Made by a program: the position numbers and the translations under genes
Assembly (NCBI GenBank): GCA_002269645.1
Contig: NIVC01003042.1
Coordinates: 1 to 50,981 of the forward strand
Direction: 5' to 3'
DNA length: 50,981 bases
Source: Macrostomum lignano
Lineage: Eukaryota
Shown: in pieces, positions 12,400 to 23,700 of the stretch
Position numbering within the stretch: position 1 is the stretch's first letter
Layout of the letters: the number at the start of each line of letters is the position of its first letter
Notes under the pieces: model-generated
What the model was told of the DNA's origin: nothing
The model's database searches: none
Seen by the model: only the letters and a program-made list of their open reading frames with translations

Positions 12400-13171
12400 T
12401 CCATTACAGCTTGCTCCATTTCAACTTGCACACCGCCAACCTAATGAATAGAAATTTTGAGTAGAGCTTTATTTAGATCGCTCAATACTACTCCACAACT
12501 GCACAATGGGAATTAATTTCCAAAACTAATTGCTATTGTGTCTGTGTGAAAGTCTATATTGAATACAATGGTGGATTTGATAGTATGTCACATTGTGGAA
12601 TAATGACGAAACCACTGAGACACAAGGGCACTATACATGTACTATTGTCAACTGCCGATGGCAACTGCTGACTGCAGTCAATGCAGACGAGCCTTTAGGT
12701 AATCTCTTATGTTGCAAATGGAATTTTAAAGTTTACAGGTCACAGAAATAAAGAAAAAACTGAAAACTTCGGATTAGTAAAGGCAATTGGCTAGATATAC
12801 CGGTATATGCTTGCAGGATATGTTCTCAAACCTTAAACAAGCATCAATATGTTTATATGGCACTCTGTACGATGTAGACAATAAAATAAAGAGATAGTTC
12901 AAAGAAATTCGATAAACTGAATAAAACATTTACTCGTATGGCACTAGCAAGCGAGGATCCTTATTACAACCATTAAATAGTTAAGCAGAAGACAGTTAAA
13001 GTTGGAAATCGACGTTCTGTACGTCATCTTACAGCTTAGTCAAAGCCATTTGCCGCGAAAATTATCCCAATAATTTCCCATCATTCAGTATAAAGATGAA
13101 CACTGCCATTGAAAAACATTATTGGTCAACTTCTGTTTGAGAATATCGACCGATCAAATGGGGTGGGTTTT

Positions 13172-13333
13172 ACAAACGCGAAACTTCACAACCGCGAAAC
13201 TTCACAGCCGCTAAATGTCATATGCTGTCACAACCGCGAAACTTCATAAACGCGAAACTTCACAACCGCTAAAATCTTTGCACGCACTTTTATATACGAC
13301 AGTCTTTTTTTGCGGTTGTGAAATTTCGCGTTT
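13172..13333. repeat. Small tandem-plus-inverted repeat element (CGCGAAACTTCACAACCG), probable MITE remnant
   Basis: About 5 direct partial copies, then GCGGTTGTGAAATTTCGCGTTT (13312-13333), a 21/22 reverse complement of AAACGCGAAACTTCACAACCGC (~13248-13269). Confidence 0.7.
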
Positions 13334-13995
13334 GAGAAAGCAACCCATAAAATTTACAAAAATCAACAACAAGCTTGGCTTTGAGGCGAGGCAGGCGGTA
13401 CTATCTGAAAGGGTCACAATTGGCAATTTTCTACTCATAATTACTACTTAACAAGTAATTAATCATTAGGAACGGCTCTAGAAATTCTAGAAAAAGAATA
13501 AATTACATAGAAAGATAGAAATGAAACGTCATTTTAGGCAAAAATGACAAGCATTTCTATACGAATATATAGCTTTTTCTTCAAAAGCACGTGCGAACCC
13601 TTCGACTCCAATTTATGAATTTTAAAAAATCATATTAAAAGTGCACTACTATTAGTAGAGGTTAGGGCGATTTCAATCCAAAAATACGACCGTAGAAGCC
13701 ATTTGGTTAGTGAACCAGCTGGAACGAAAGAAATATGCTGGAGCCACTCACGTCGGATTGCGATTGCTGTACAGGGGACTGTGACATGAGACAATGTAAT
13801 TCGGGCAAATCTGATTAAAAATATAGCTTAGACTGATTATAGTTCAACTAGTATGCATTCTCTATGTTGTAAGTCAGCACAGGGACCAAAAAAACACAGA
13901 TAGAATTCCTTTGCTGGTGAAATTCGACGTAGAAATCCGGTAAATTATAAACAAACACAGAGGTGCTTTTCTATGGCAGCGGTTTGAAAAAATAA

Positions 13996-16242
13996 TTATT
14001 GGCGAAATTGAGCCGTCAGTAGAGTGGCAGCTGGCTGCGCAGGAACCGCTTCATCCATGCCTGCTGAACCGCGTGACCGCTGCTGCGACTTCGGTGGGAC
14101 GAGCTGACGGCCAGCAATGACGATTCGCGGTGGCTCCCGTGAAGATGCCGCACCTCGACGTCGAGTCGCCGCGATTGAAGACATCGGTCTTGGGAACACC
14201 GAGTTGTGCACCGGCTGATGCCGTTTCGCCGTCTGATTCGGCGTTTCGCAACGAGCCGACAGCAGGTCGAACAGCTGACTGTGCGGCTCCGACTCCGCCG
14301 AGTCCGACGCCTCAGCTAAGCTGGCCGCCGACGCAGCCACCGAGGCAGCCTGGCGCTGCTTCCGCCGCAGCCAGCTCTGGTAGGCTTTCTGGGCGGCGCG
14401 CTGTCGTTCGTCAAGCGCCGTTTTAGCATTCAGCCGCTCCCGCTGCTCCCGGCGTCGCTGTTCGCCGTCCTGTTGGCGCTTCTGGCGCTCAACGCGCTTC
14501 TTATCTAGCAGCCAGGCGCGCACCTCAGCGGCCGCTTCGGACTCGCCTGGCGCAAGCCAGTGCTCTTCAACCTCGCTGAAGCCTCGTCGATGACGTCTCA
14601 CCGATTCGCCGGCCGCGGCATTGTCGACGTCCTCCCGTCGCAGCTCGCGCAGTCTGGCCACGTAGCCCTGCCAGGACTGGCGCAGCTCCGCTGCACTTCT
14701 CTCGTAGGCCTGGCGGGCCTCTCTAAGCTGTCGGTCCCGACTGTCTGGACCGCCTGATTCTGCTCTGCCGCTGCGATGCCGCTGAATTACCCGACGCCGC
14801 CTTCTTGTTGGACTAGAATCGGCTTCCGTCTGATCTACCTGGGAATTCGCTTGGTATCCAACGGCCATCTCGACAGACTCATCGGTGGGGCTCGGATCGC
14901 CTTGCTGAGACTCAACAGCTCCATCCTCATTTGTTGCAACATTATTATCTTTACTACACTTAGAATCTTCTGCGATGTGATCATCTCTATCTTCTTTTCC
15001 AGTCTCAATCTGCTGTTCTGCTGAATGCGATTGAAGTGCAGTGGCTCTGGGTGCACAACTGAAAAAGTTTTCCAGAAGCTGCAACTCTTTATCGTCTGTA
15101 TCTTCAGTTTGGGATTTGCTTTTTTCAATTTCCTCGATCTGGCCAGAAAATCCGAAGCCATTGGCGACTATCGCCGGCCCAGGGCTCTCCCCGTCGACTT
15201 CCGTTCCGATGGAAATCAACCCTGCGTCCAATTCTTGCATCAGCTCTCTGGACTCGTCGATTTCACTGTCTTCATCTGATCCTTTGTTGATATGTGGTTC
15301 TTCCGTTATCTCGTTTTCATTGACTACAACCTCGTCCACTGAGTCTAGTGTCTCCTGCTGGAGCTCCTCACCTGCCGCTTGAGCAGTATCTTCTACCGTG
15401 TCTACTGACTCTTCGACCTGCTGGAGCTCTTCCCCTAACGTTGGAGCAGTATCTGTCTCCACCGGCTCTGTGACCTGCAACTCCTCTTTTGCACTTTGAA
15501 CAGTATTGTCCACTGTGTCCCACTCTGCAACATGCTGGAGCTCCTCTCTCGTGTCTACTGGTTGATGCAGGGCTTCCATTTCGGTGACATTGTGTTCGCC
15601 TTCATCAACTGTATCATCAAAGCACTTTGTTTCACTCGATTCGGTTAATGCATCAGCGTCAGTCTCTGAAACATTAGATTGCTCAGTATTGCTCTCCTGC
15701 GTTCTATTGAAAATCACTGCGGCATTCGGATTGCTAGAATCCTCTACAACTGCTCCTTTTGATGAATTTTCTGTTTCAATTTCGGCCGTAAATTTGCTGT
15801 TGTCTACTTCATCATTTTCGATTTCACCAGGGCAATTCGCCCAATCTTCACTATCAGTGTCCGCCTCGGAAGGCAGTAGATCTGTGCAACCGTCTACAGT
15901 TGAACTGGAATGCCTGGTTAGCTTTGAATGACTTTCGCAGGCCGGCGCTGAGTGCCTGCTTGACCTGTCACTCGGACTGCGTGCTCTATTGCTGCTTTTT
16001 TCAAAGTCGGCACTTTCGGAACTCGTGGATTTAAACGTGGTTGAGGCCAGGCTGCTTTCGCTGACGGAGCCGTCTGTTGCATTATTATGCGCCTCCTCGT
16101 TGGTACTATTAATCAACTGATTGACATCAGTGCCAACGCGGACAGTGTTTAGTTCACACGAGATTTCCTCGAAAGAAAGAATGTCACATGGCTGGCTCGA
16201 ACGAGGAAGGCATGCAGCAAATAATTCCTCGTTATCGGACAT
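13996..16242 (-). CDS. Acidic low-complexity protein with C-terminal charged coiled coil (loosely CCDC181/CCDC34/MAP9-like), ~748 aa, apparently one coding exon
   Basis: Uninterrupted 776-codon ORF; MSDNEE at 16242 is the most plausible start. D/E/S-rich N-terminal two thirds with EELQ repeats. C-terminal helices VRAWLLDKKRVERQK and AQKAYQSWLRRKQRQ recall A(F/Y)xxWLxxK coiled-coil motifs. Family call is weak. Confidence 0.75.
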   Translation of the reverse strand: MSDNEELFAACLPRSSQPCDILSFEEISCELNTVRVGTDVNQLINSTNEEAHNNATDGSVSESSLASTTFKSTSSESADFEKSSNRARSPSDRSSRHSAPACESHSKLTRHSSSTVDGCTDLLPSEADTDSEDWANCPGEIENDEVDNSKFTAEIETENSSKGAVVEDSSNPNAAVIFNRTQESNTEQSNVSETDADALTESSETKCFDDTVDEGEHNVTEMEALHQPVDTREELQHVAEWDTVDNTVQSAKEELQVTEPVETDTAPTLGEELQQVEESVDTVEDTAQAAGEELQQETLDSVDEVVVNENEITEEPHINKGSDEDSEIDESRELMQELDAGLISIGTEVDGESPGPAIVANGFGFSGQIEEIEKSKSQTEDTDDKELQLLENFFSCAPRATALQSHSAEQQIETGKEDRDDHIAEDSKCSKDNNVATNEDGAVESQQGDPSPTDESVEMAVGYQANSQVDQTEADSSPTRRRRRVIQRHRSGRAESGGPDSRDRQLREARQAYERSAAELRQSWQGYVARLRELRREDVDNAAAGESVRRHRRGFSEVEEHWLAPGESEAAAEVRAWLLDKKRVERQKRQQDGEQRRREQRERLNAKTALDERQRAAQKAYQSWLRRKQRQAASVAASAASLAEASDSAESEPHSQLFDLLSARCETPNQTAKRHQPVHNSVFPRPMSSIAATRRRGAASSREPPRIVIAGRQLVPPKSQQRSRGSAGMDEAVPAQPAATLLTAQFRQ

Positions 16243-17725
16243 CGTGTCTGAAATATTGCTCACAGAACTTAGTAACAGGATTGATACAATCATCCAGTGT
16301 AGCAATTCAATTGTGCAAAAATGCATTGTATAAGCAACTATGAGGAGTCAATTTACAATTCAAATGTTTTAATGAATTTATTTCTACTATTACTAAGTAT
16401 GATAAAGTCTGGATAAATTCCAAAAAGTATATAAGGAAAAATAAACTGAAATTGCAATATCAAAGATAATTTATCAGCAAAGAAATGCTAATCCAGAATC
16501 AAATACAATTAAAAAATGTAACTATTGTATGCAACTTATTGTCAAAGAAGATAAAATCACTAATAAGTTATGAATTATTTTAGAGAGCAAGCCTGTTTCC
16601 AATATAAAATATTCCTTTATAGAAAGTTATCAGAATATTTAAAGTTCTAAAATGACACTAAGAGCATCAAACAAGTGAAGTAATATCAGAAATATTAAGC
16701 AGGTCTCAATAAAAGTGATCGGGACAAACAATGCTCAGTGCATTATGTTTTATCTCGACTCTAGATTAAGAGTAACACATGTGATATACTAGTTTCAGAT
16801 TAGGCGTCAAAAAAATTTGGTTTCATCCGGCGAATTCGAGGATTTTGAATTAGAAGTGAGATACAAATAAATGGCTGGACATCAAACCCTATTTTTTAAT
16901 TTCCTTCAAAACGAAAAATGAGTACTCGATGACAAAGGGTTCCGGTGCCGGAAATCTAGAGTCTAGCCATTGCCGAAACGAAAAGTTAGTCGACTAGAGA
17001 CTCATTCCTCAAAGTTATTTAAATTAGGGCTCAGATTGATTAAAAATCTTGAAATTAACTCAAAAAGAACGATTAATAGTAAATATCTACATAATTCTAG
17101 TATAATCTTACACAGAGGGCAGGTTACTTCACTTGATATAATTCGAATCACGAGTAATGAGTATCGATATATCTAACCGATGGCATTAAATTGTCTCATA
17201 CAAAATCATTTTGAATTTGTGTATCGCTACTGTAAGCATCTGAAAAGTAAAGCAAAAACAAAAACATTGCGTTGTCTTGTAACAGTTGTGTCTTACTTGC
17301 TTTTTTGATTAAAAAAACTGGTGTAAAGCATTAGAGTAAAGTGTAATGTACTTATATTAAAATAGATAACATCTTCACGTGGTGTCAAAATATTCAAATG
17401 AGCAGCAGGCCCCGTAATTAAAATTCGCGGAGATAAGATGATGCCGGGCATTGCCTTTCACTGTATCGTTTACGCATTATATTTAAATGAATGAATAGAG
17501 CATACCTAAACCAAATATTTTATTAAGATTTTGCAATCCCGACTTGCACTATTTGTGTTAGATCTACTCGAATTGTTTTACTTTAAATACAATCTTTGTG
17601 TTGGCTTTGTTGTGTTGGCACTTCCTTTCCACCTGACTACTGACTTCAGTAGGCCTGGAGGTCACTTGCTGTACAACTACGCCCCTATTTCAAACACTAA
17701 TAATTTGTATTATTGAAAAAAAGTT

Positions 17726-20700
17726 ATGGACTGCAATCCTGAGCAGATTTTTGCCTACTTAGATACTATATATTCTGCTCCAAACAATCAGCTTCGAGTT
17801 GAAGCCTATGAAGTAAGTCAGTAGGGACGTGGGGTTTTTGCTTTCAGGGTCATATCACATTAGCAAAAATGTGCAAATTTTCAGTCTTATTGTTTATTTA
17901 CCAGATGCAACCTATCAAGCTATTGTATCAAGATCCAAGGTATCTATTAAATGTGCTTAATACTTGTTATAGATTAAGATTAGCCTATGACCTATGTTTT
18001 GTCTATTCCCATGCTGTAGCCCATAAGGGCCTAGTCAGGATTATGGCACATGTGCCCCAGAATATATTAAATATTTTAAAAAGCACATGGTGCCATATCC
18101 AATTAAAAAAGTAGATAGCTCAATTCTGCAACTAGTGTTTTGGCCAAAAACTGTCTTAATATCTCTATGTCTTGTCTAATTGCAGCTATTTCTGATTGTC
18201 AATGAGGAACTTTGGCACCATCTTTAATGCTTTCTTGTGCCTATTCAACCCAGAATCTCTTATGGCTTTATGCTATTAATATACCTTTGCATAGGCCTAA
18301 TATATAGCATCATATTGATATACTTTGCAAAGTAGCTAAAGGCATTCTGATAGTTTCTTGTTGAGTTTCCTAAATCTTAATGTTGATTGGTTGCTCATTT
18401 TCATTCTGTGACATAGCAATATGATAGCTATAATGAAAAATCATTGAAAAAATATGAAAGATAAAGCACTTTGACACAATATTGCTTCCTATAAAAGCTA
18501 AGAAGCTGAGCTTCAAGAAGACACCAATTAATTTTAGTAAAAGCTCATATTTTTAGATTTAAATAGCAATTCTCATTACTTTTTAGCTACATCTTATAAT
18601 CTTATCTAGCAATTTGCCATTAATAATTGCAACAAATTTAAATTGTAAATATTGTAATCCCTATTATCTAAGTAGGCTAAGGTATATTAAATATACTATG
18701 CCTAAAGAAAGGGTGCTGCTATAGATGCCTCTGTACCCTGGTAGGATTATAGTATAGAAGGATTATAGAGCATTAGCTATACTAGTTGGTTTAAAGCCTT
18801 TGCACCTAGCCTGTCTTGTCTGTGTCATTATTTTTTTTGTCTTCTTTACAAACCAAGAAATAAATAATTGCTTAAATAAACCAATAAATTATTTGCTTGA
18901 TTGTGTTAGTATCTATTTTCTTGGCTGCTACCAGCTTTTTCACAATTGCTTGGACTTGTTTGGCTATGTCTATATATAAAAAGTTTATACCTTCAAATCA
19001 AAAATATATACTGTAACAAAATCATAAAAAATCAAATATACAAGCTTGTAGAATCCCTTTAAGTAAGAATAAAAACTATCAGTATCACTGCTAAATTAAA
19101 TTATTAAATTATTAAAATAAAATTATTAAAATATCAATAATTTTGTTAATATTAGATTAACGATACCAACTCATCTTCCTTATTTTTCAAATAGTCAACT
19201 TGTCTACTAGCATACTAGCAAATAAGTTGTTAGAAAACAAAGTGATTGCAATCTTTCTTGCCCTGCCCCCTACCTTGCTCTGTCCCAACCTGCCCTAACC
19301 TGCCTTTGCCTTGCCCTACTTTGTTTTACCCTAGTTTGCTGTGTCCTTGGCTAAATTTGCCCTAAATTTTCTATGAAAAGCCATTTTCTAGACTGTGGGT
19401 CTATTTGAACAAAATACTAACTTAATATATATGGGGCCTAGTAGCTCATAAACAAAATATTTATATACACTATAGTCAAGTATATTTAGGTGACTCCAAA
19501 AGTAGAGTATTACTATTAAGTCCATTGTTTTTGTTTTAAAGTTAGGCCCTAACAAGAAAAAATGTTATTGGGATATTGAATTTTATCCTAGACCTCATTC
19601 ATTGTTGTTAAAAAGGTATGTAGTCATTTTATCTGCCACCTTTTCATTTGTCATCATTATTATTAAGAAATAAGTCACTTCCCTTATTATTATCTCAAAT
19701 ATAATGATACTGATAAAGATAGACCTATATAGATAATTCTTTTAAATATTTTATACAAATCAATAGGCCTAGTCCTTGATTAATACTAATATTGTATTTA
19801 ATATTGTACAGTAAACAAAATATATGATAGGAGACAAAAGAGTGGCAGACAAACTAGCAACGAACAAAACAACTATCAATTGTTAACAAAAGTTGTAACA
19901 AGGTTCAATCCTTTTATCTTATAAAAGACATCCAATATCTTAAATTAAATAGAATTCAGTCCCAAGATGCCAATTTAGTCTCTAGGATTTAGATTCAAGA
20001 TGCTTAAATCAGTATTGATATTCTTTGATATATGACATAAAAGTATATCAATAATGTAATCCCCATCAACTTTTAAAACTGACAATGGCTCTCAGCGAAT
20101 TGAAGCGTTTCTACAGCAGCTGCAATCAGTGCAACAGCTGGCCAGTGTGCTGTCTGCCTGCCAATCTGATGTGCAGCGCAACTTTGGCCTTCACTGCCTC
20201 CAGTGCTTCCTGCGCAATATTTGGAATCGCACCACCCTAGAGGACAAACACCAGTTCAAGACTATGGTGTTCAGTCTGGTAGCGAATCCCGATTGGACCA
20301 AGCATGAGTCGCTATGCAAAGTTATTGTTGAACTGGTCAAGCGCGAGTGGCCGCAGCATTGGCCCGCCTTTGTGCCCGAGATGCAGGAGCTTAGTGTAAG
20401 TTCTAGCTTGTACTTTCTTATCGGATGCTCGTATCTTTTTTTTATTAGAGGGGCTACCCGGGCGTGTGCACCCGGGCGCACTTTAGGCGAAATTGTCGCA
20501 CAACCGGCGTGAGGCATTACTGCCCATTCCGCCGACTACCCTGAGCAGGCACACACACAGGAGTGTACAGCGGCCCTAACTTTATTTATCGTTCGGCATG
20601 TACACACTTCACTGTGCCTTGGGGGTTGGCTCTGAATGGTGTTAAAAGCCGAGATTCCAATTCAGTCCCAAATAAATGTGACCACTTAGAATCGAGTCTG

Positions 20701-23700
20701 GGCTGCTGGCCCATAAGAGATCCTTTGCTTTCTGGACATTGAATTTCAATTCGGAATTTTTCTCATTCAGAAGCAGAACGTCGCGCTTGTCCTATCTGTG
20801 TTCTTGCGCCTATCCGAAGACGTGTTTGAATTTCAAAATGTGCCGCAACAACGACGCAAAGACATCATGGCCGGATTGAATGAAAATGTCGACGCAATCT
20901 TCGGAATTGTGTACAATTGCCTAGTGACCAATGTGCAGACCTACGTTGTTATGGTGAGGCTTAATAAAAAATTTTTACTGGCTATAAAACTTGGCCCTCG
21001 GGTCCTTGGACACTAGAATGGCAATCCAGCCCGCTTAAGGTTTGTCTCTCCTCAGTTATCTCCTCTACTGCTCTCCTCTCCTCTATTCTCTCCTCTCCTC
21101 TCCTCTCCTCTTCCCCTCTCCTCTCCTCTTCCCCTCTCCTCTCCTCTTCTCTCTCCTCTCATTTTATCACCTTTTTTCTCACTCATCTCTTCTCTCATAG
21201 CCTCTCTCATCTCGCCTCTCACCTCACCTCTCTTCTGCCATCTGTCATCTCATCTTTCTTTCTTCTCTCCGACATTCCCTCTCATTTCCACTCTCATCTG
21301 GCCCGCAGCCATGAGCTGGATTCTTTATCTGGCCCTTGAGGTAAAAAGTTTGCCGACCCATGATTTAAATAAATTATGTTTTTAAATTTAAATTTCGTTT
21401 CTCTCTCCCATATGAACTACTCAAAGTAGGCACTTTTCTCGTCTGAATTTTTCTACTGATAACGCTGACGCACTGATCTGATCTAATATAAACTTTATAA
21501 TTGCCTGCACATTATGCTACTATTAGTAAAAAACTAAGGGAAAATACCGATAATCTGGACAGTAATTCTCAAGCTTCTCCTCCTCTACTCAGGCTGGGCA
21601 GGGTTGCGCCGACCCAGCCGTCGCCGGCGCCACCCTCCGCCTGTGCAAACTGGCGCTGGCCACTCTGACCGCTTTTATGGAATGGGTGAAAACCGACTAT
21701 CTGATGCAGGAGGACGCTTTATTAATTAGGATGCTTGTGCAGCTGCTGCCTCTGCCGCATGTCTGCTACGATTCTAGCGAGGCTGTACTGCTGTTCTTTG
21801 AGCAGAAGGTGAGACAGTGGGTCTATGTATTAACTATTGTCATTTGATCAAAACAGTGAAAATAATTAACTCCTAGTGCCTTCTTATCAATCCTTAGGTA
21901 AAAACTCTGGAGTCAAATACCTATGTTGAACTGGTAACCAACACAAATATTCTGCAAGCGGTTGCGGGCTGCCTTGCGTAAGTCATATTCTTAATTTTTA
22001 TATCATCGAATGGTGACTTTAATGGGTAACGGCCACCCCTCACTGTGAGGCCTCAGTGGGTCACTGTCACCCGTCACTATCGTATCTTAAAGGGTCACTG
22101 TCACCCCTCACTGTGATGCCTCAGAGGGTCACTGTCACCCCTCACTATCGTATCTCAGTGGGTCACTGTCACCCTCACTCTGTTGCCTCAGTGGGTCACT
22201 GTCACCCCTCACTCTGTTGCCTCAGTGGGTCACTGTCAGCCCTCACTCTGTTGCCTCAGTGGGTCACTGTCAGCCCTCACTCTGTTGCCTCAGTGGGTCA
22301 CTGTCAGCCCTCACTGTAATGCCTCAGTAGAAATTCAGACAGAAGCAAGAGAAAATGCCTGTTTGATCCTTGATCCAATTTGCTCGAATGCAACCCGCAG
22401 CCAGCTGCAGAAGCAAGACACTGTGAGCAATTTCGAGGATAACTTCTCGCAGCGACTCTGCCAAATCGTCTGCTGCATCGGACAGCATCTGATTTCTAAA
22501 CTAATCACCAATTCTGTATGTGTACCTAAACTGTTAATAAATAGAAAGTTGTAGTGTATAAAATTTGATTTATTTTATCTTTCAACTGCAGAACATTGTT
22601 CCAGCAATTTTCGACCCAATAATGGAACTGTTAGTCTACTTGATCAACTATCCTTCAAAGGTAAACACTGGGAATTAACATTTCAGTAGATCTGGTGTCT
22701 AGATCTATATACAGATTGCAGTAGATCTGGTGTCTAGATCTATATACAGATTGCAGTACATCTGGTGTCTAGATCTATATACAGATTGCAGTAGATCTGG
22801 TGTCTAGATCTATATACAGATTGCAGTACATCTGGTGTCTAGATATATATACAGATTGCAGTAGATCTGGTGTCTAGATCAATATACAGATTGCAGTAGA
22901 TTTTGTGTCTAGATGTATTTAAAGATTTCAGTAGATCTGGTGTCTAGATCAATATACAGATTGCAGTAGATCTGGTGTCTATATCAATATACAGATTTCA
23001 GTAGATTTTGTGTCTATATCAATATAAAGATTGCAGTAGATCTGGTGTCTATATCAATATACAGATTGCAGTAGATTTTGTGTCTAGATGTATTTAAAGA
23101 TTTCAGTAGATCTAGTGTCTAGATGTATTTACAGATTTCAGTAGATTTTGTGTCTAGATCAATATACAGATTGCAGTAGATCTGGTGTCTAGATCTATAT
23201 ACAGATTGCAGTAGATCTGGTGTCTAGATCAATATACAGATTGCAGTAGATTTTGTGTCTAGATCAATATACAGATTGCAGTAGATCTGGTGTCTATATC
23301 AATATACAGATTGCAGTAGATTTTGTGTCTAGATGTATTTAAAGATTGCAGTAGATCTGTGTCTAGATGTATTTACAGATTTCAGTAGATTTTGTGTCTA
23401 GATCAATATACAGATTGCAGTAGATCTGGTGTCTAGATCTATATACAGATTGCAGTAGATCTGGTGTCTAGATCAATATACAGATTGCAGTAGATCTGGT
23501 GTCTAGATCAATATACAGATTGCAGTAGATCTGGTGTCTAGATGTATTTACAGATTTCAGTAGATTTTGTGTCTAGATCAATATACAGATTGCAGTAGAT
23601 CTGGTGTCTAGATGTATTTACAGATTTCAGTAGATTTTGTGTCTAGATCAATATACAGATTGCAGTAGATCTGGTGTCTATATCAATATCAGATTGCAGT

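Noticed and set aside
16243-16326. Upstream in-frame extension MHFCTIELLHW.. as a signal peptide
   Set aside because: AT-rich, and the downstream protein looks cytoplasmic; MSDNEE is the more plausible start. Not fully excluded.
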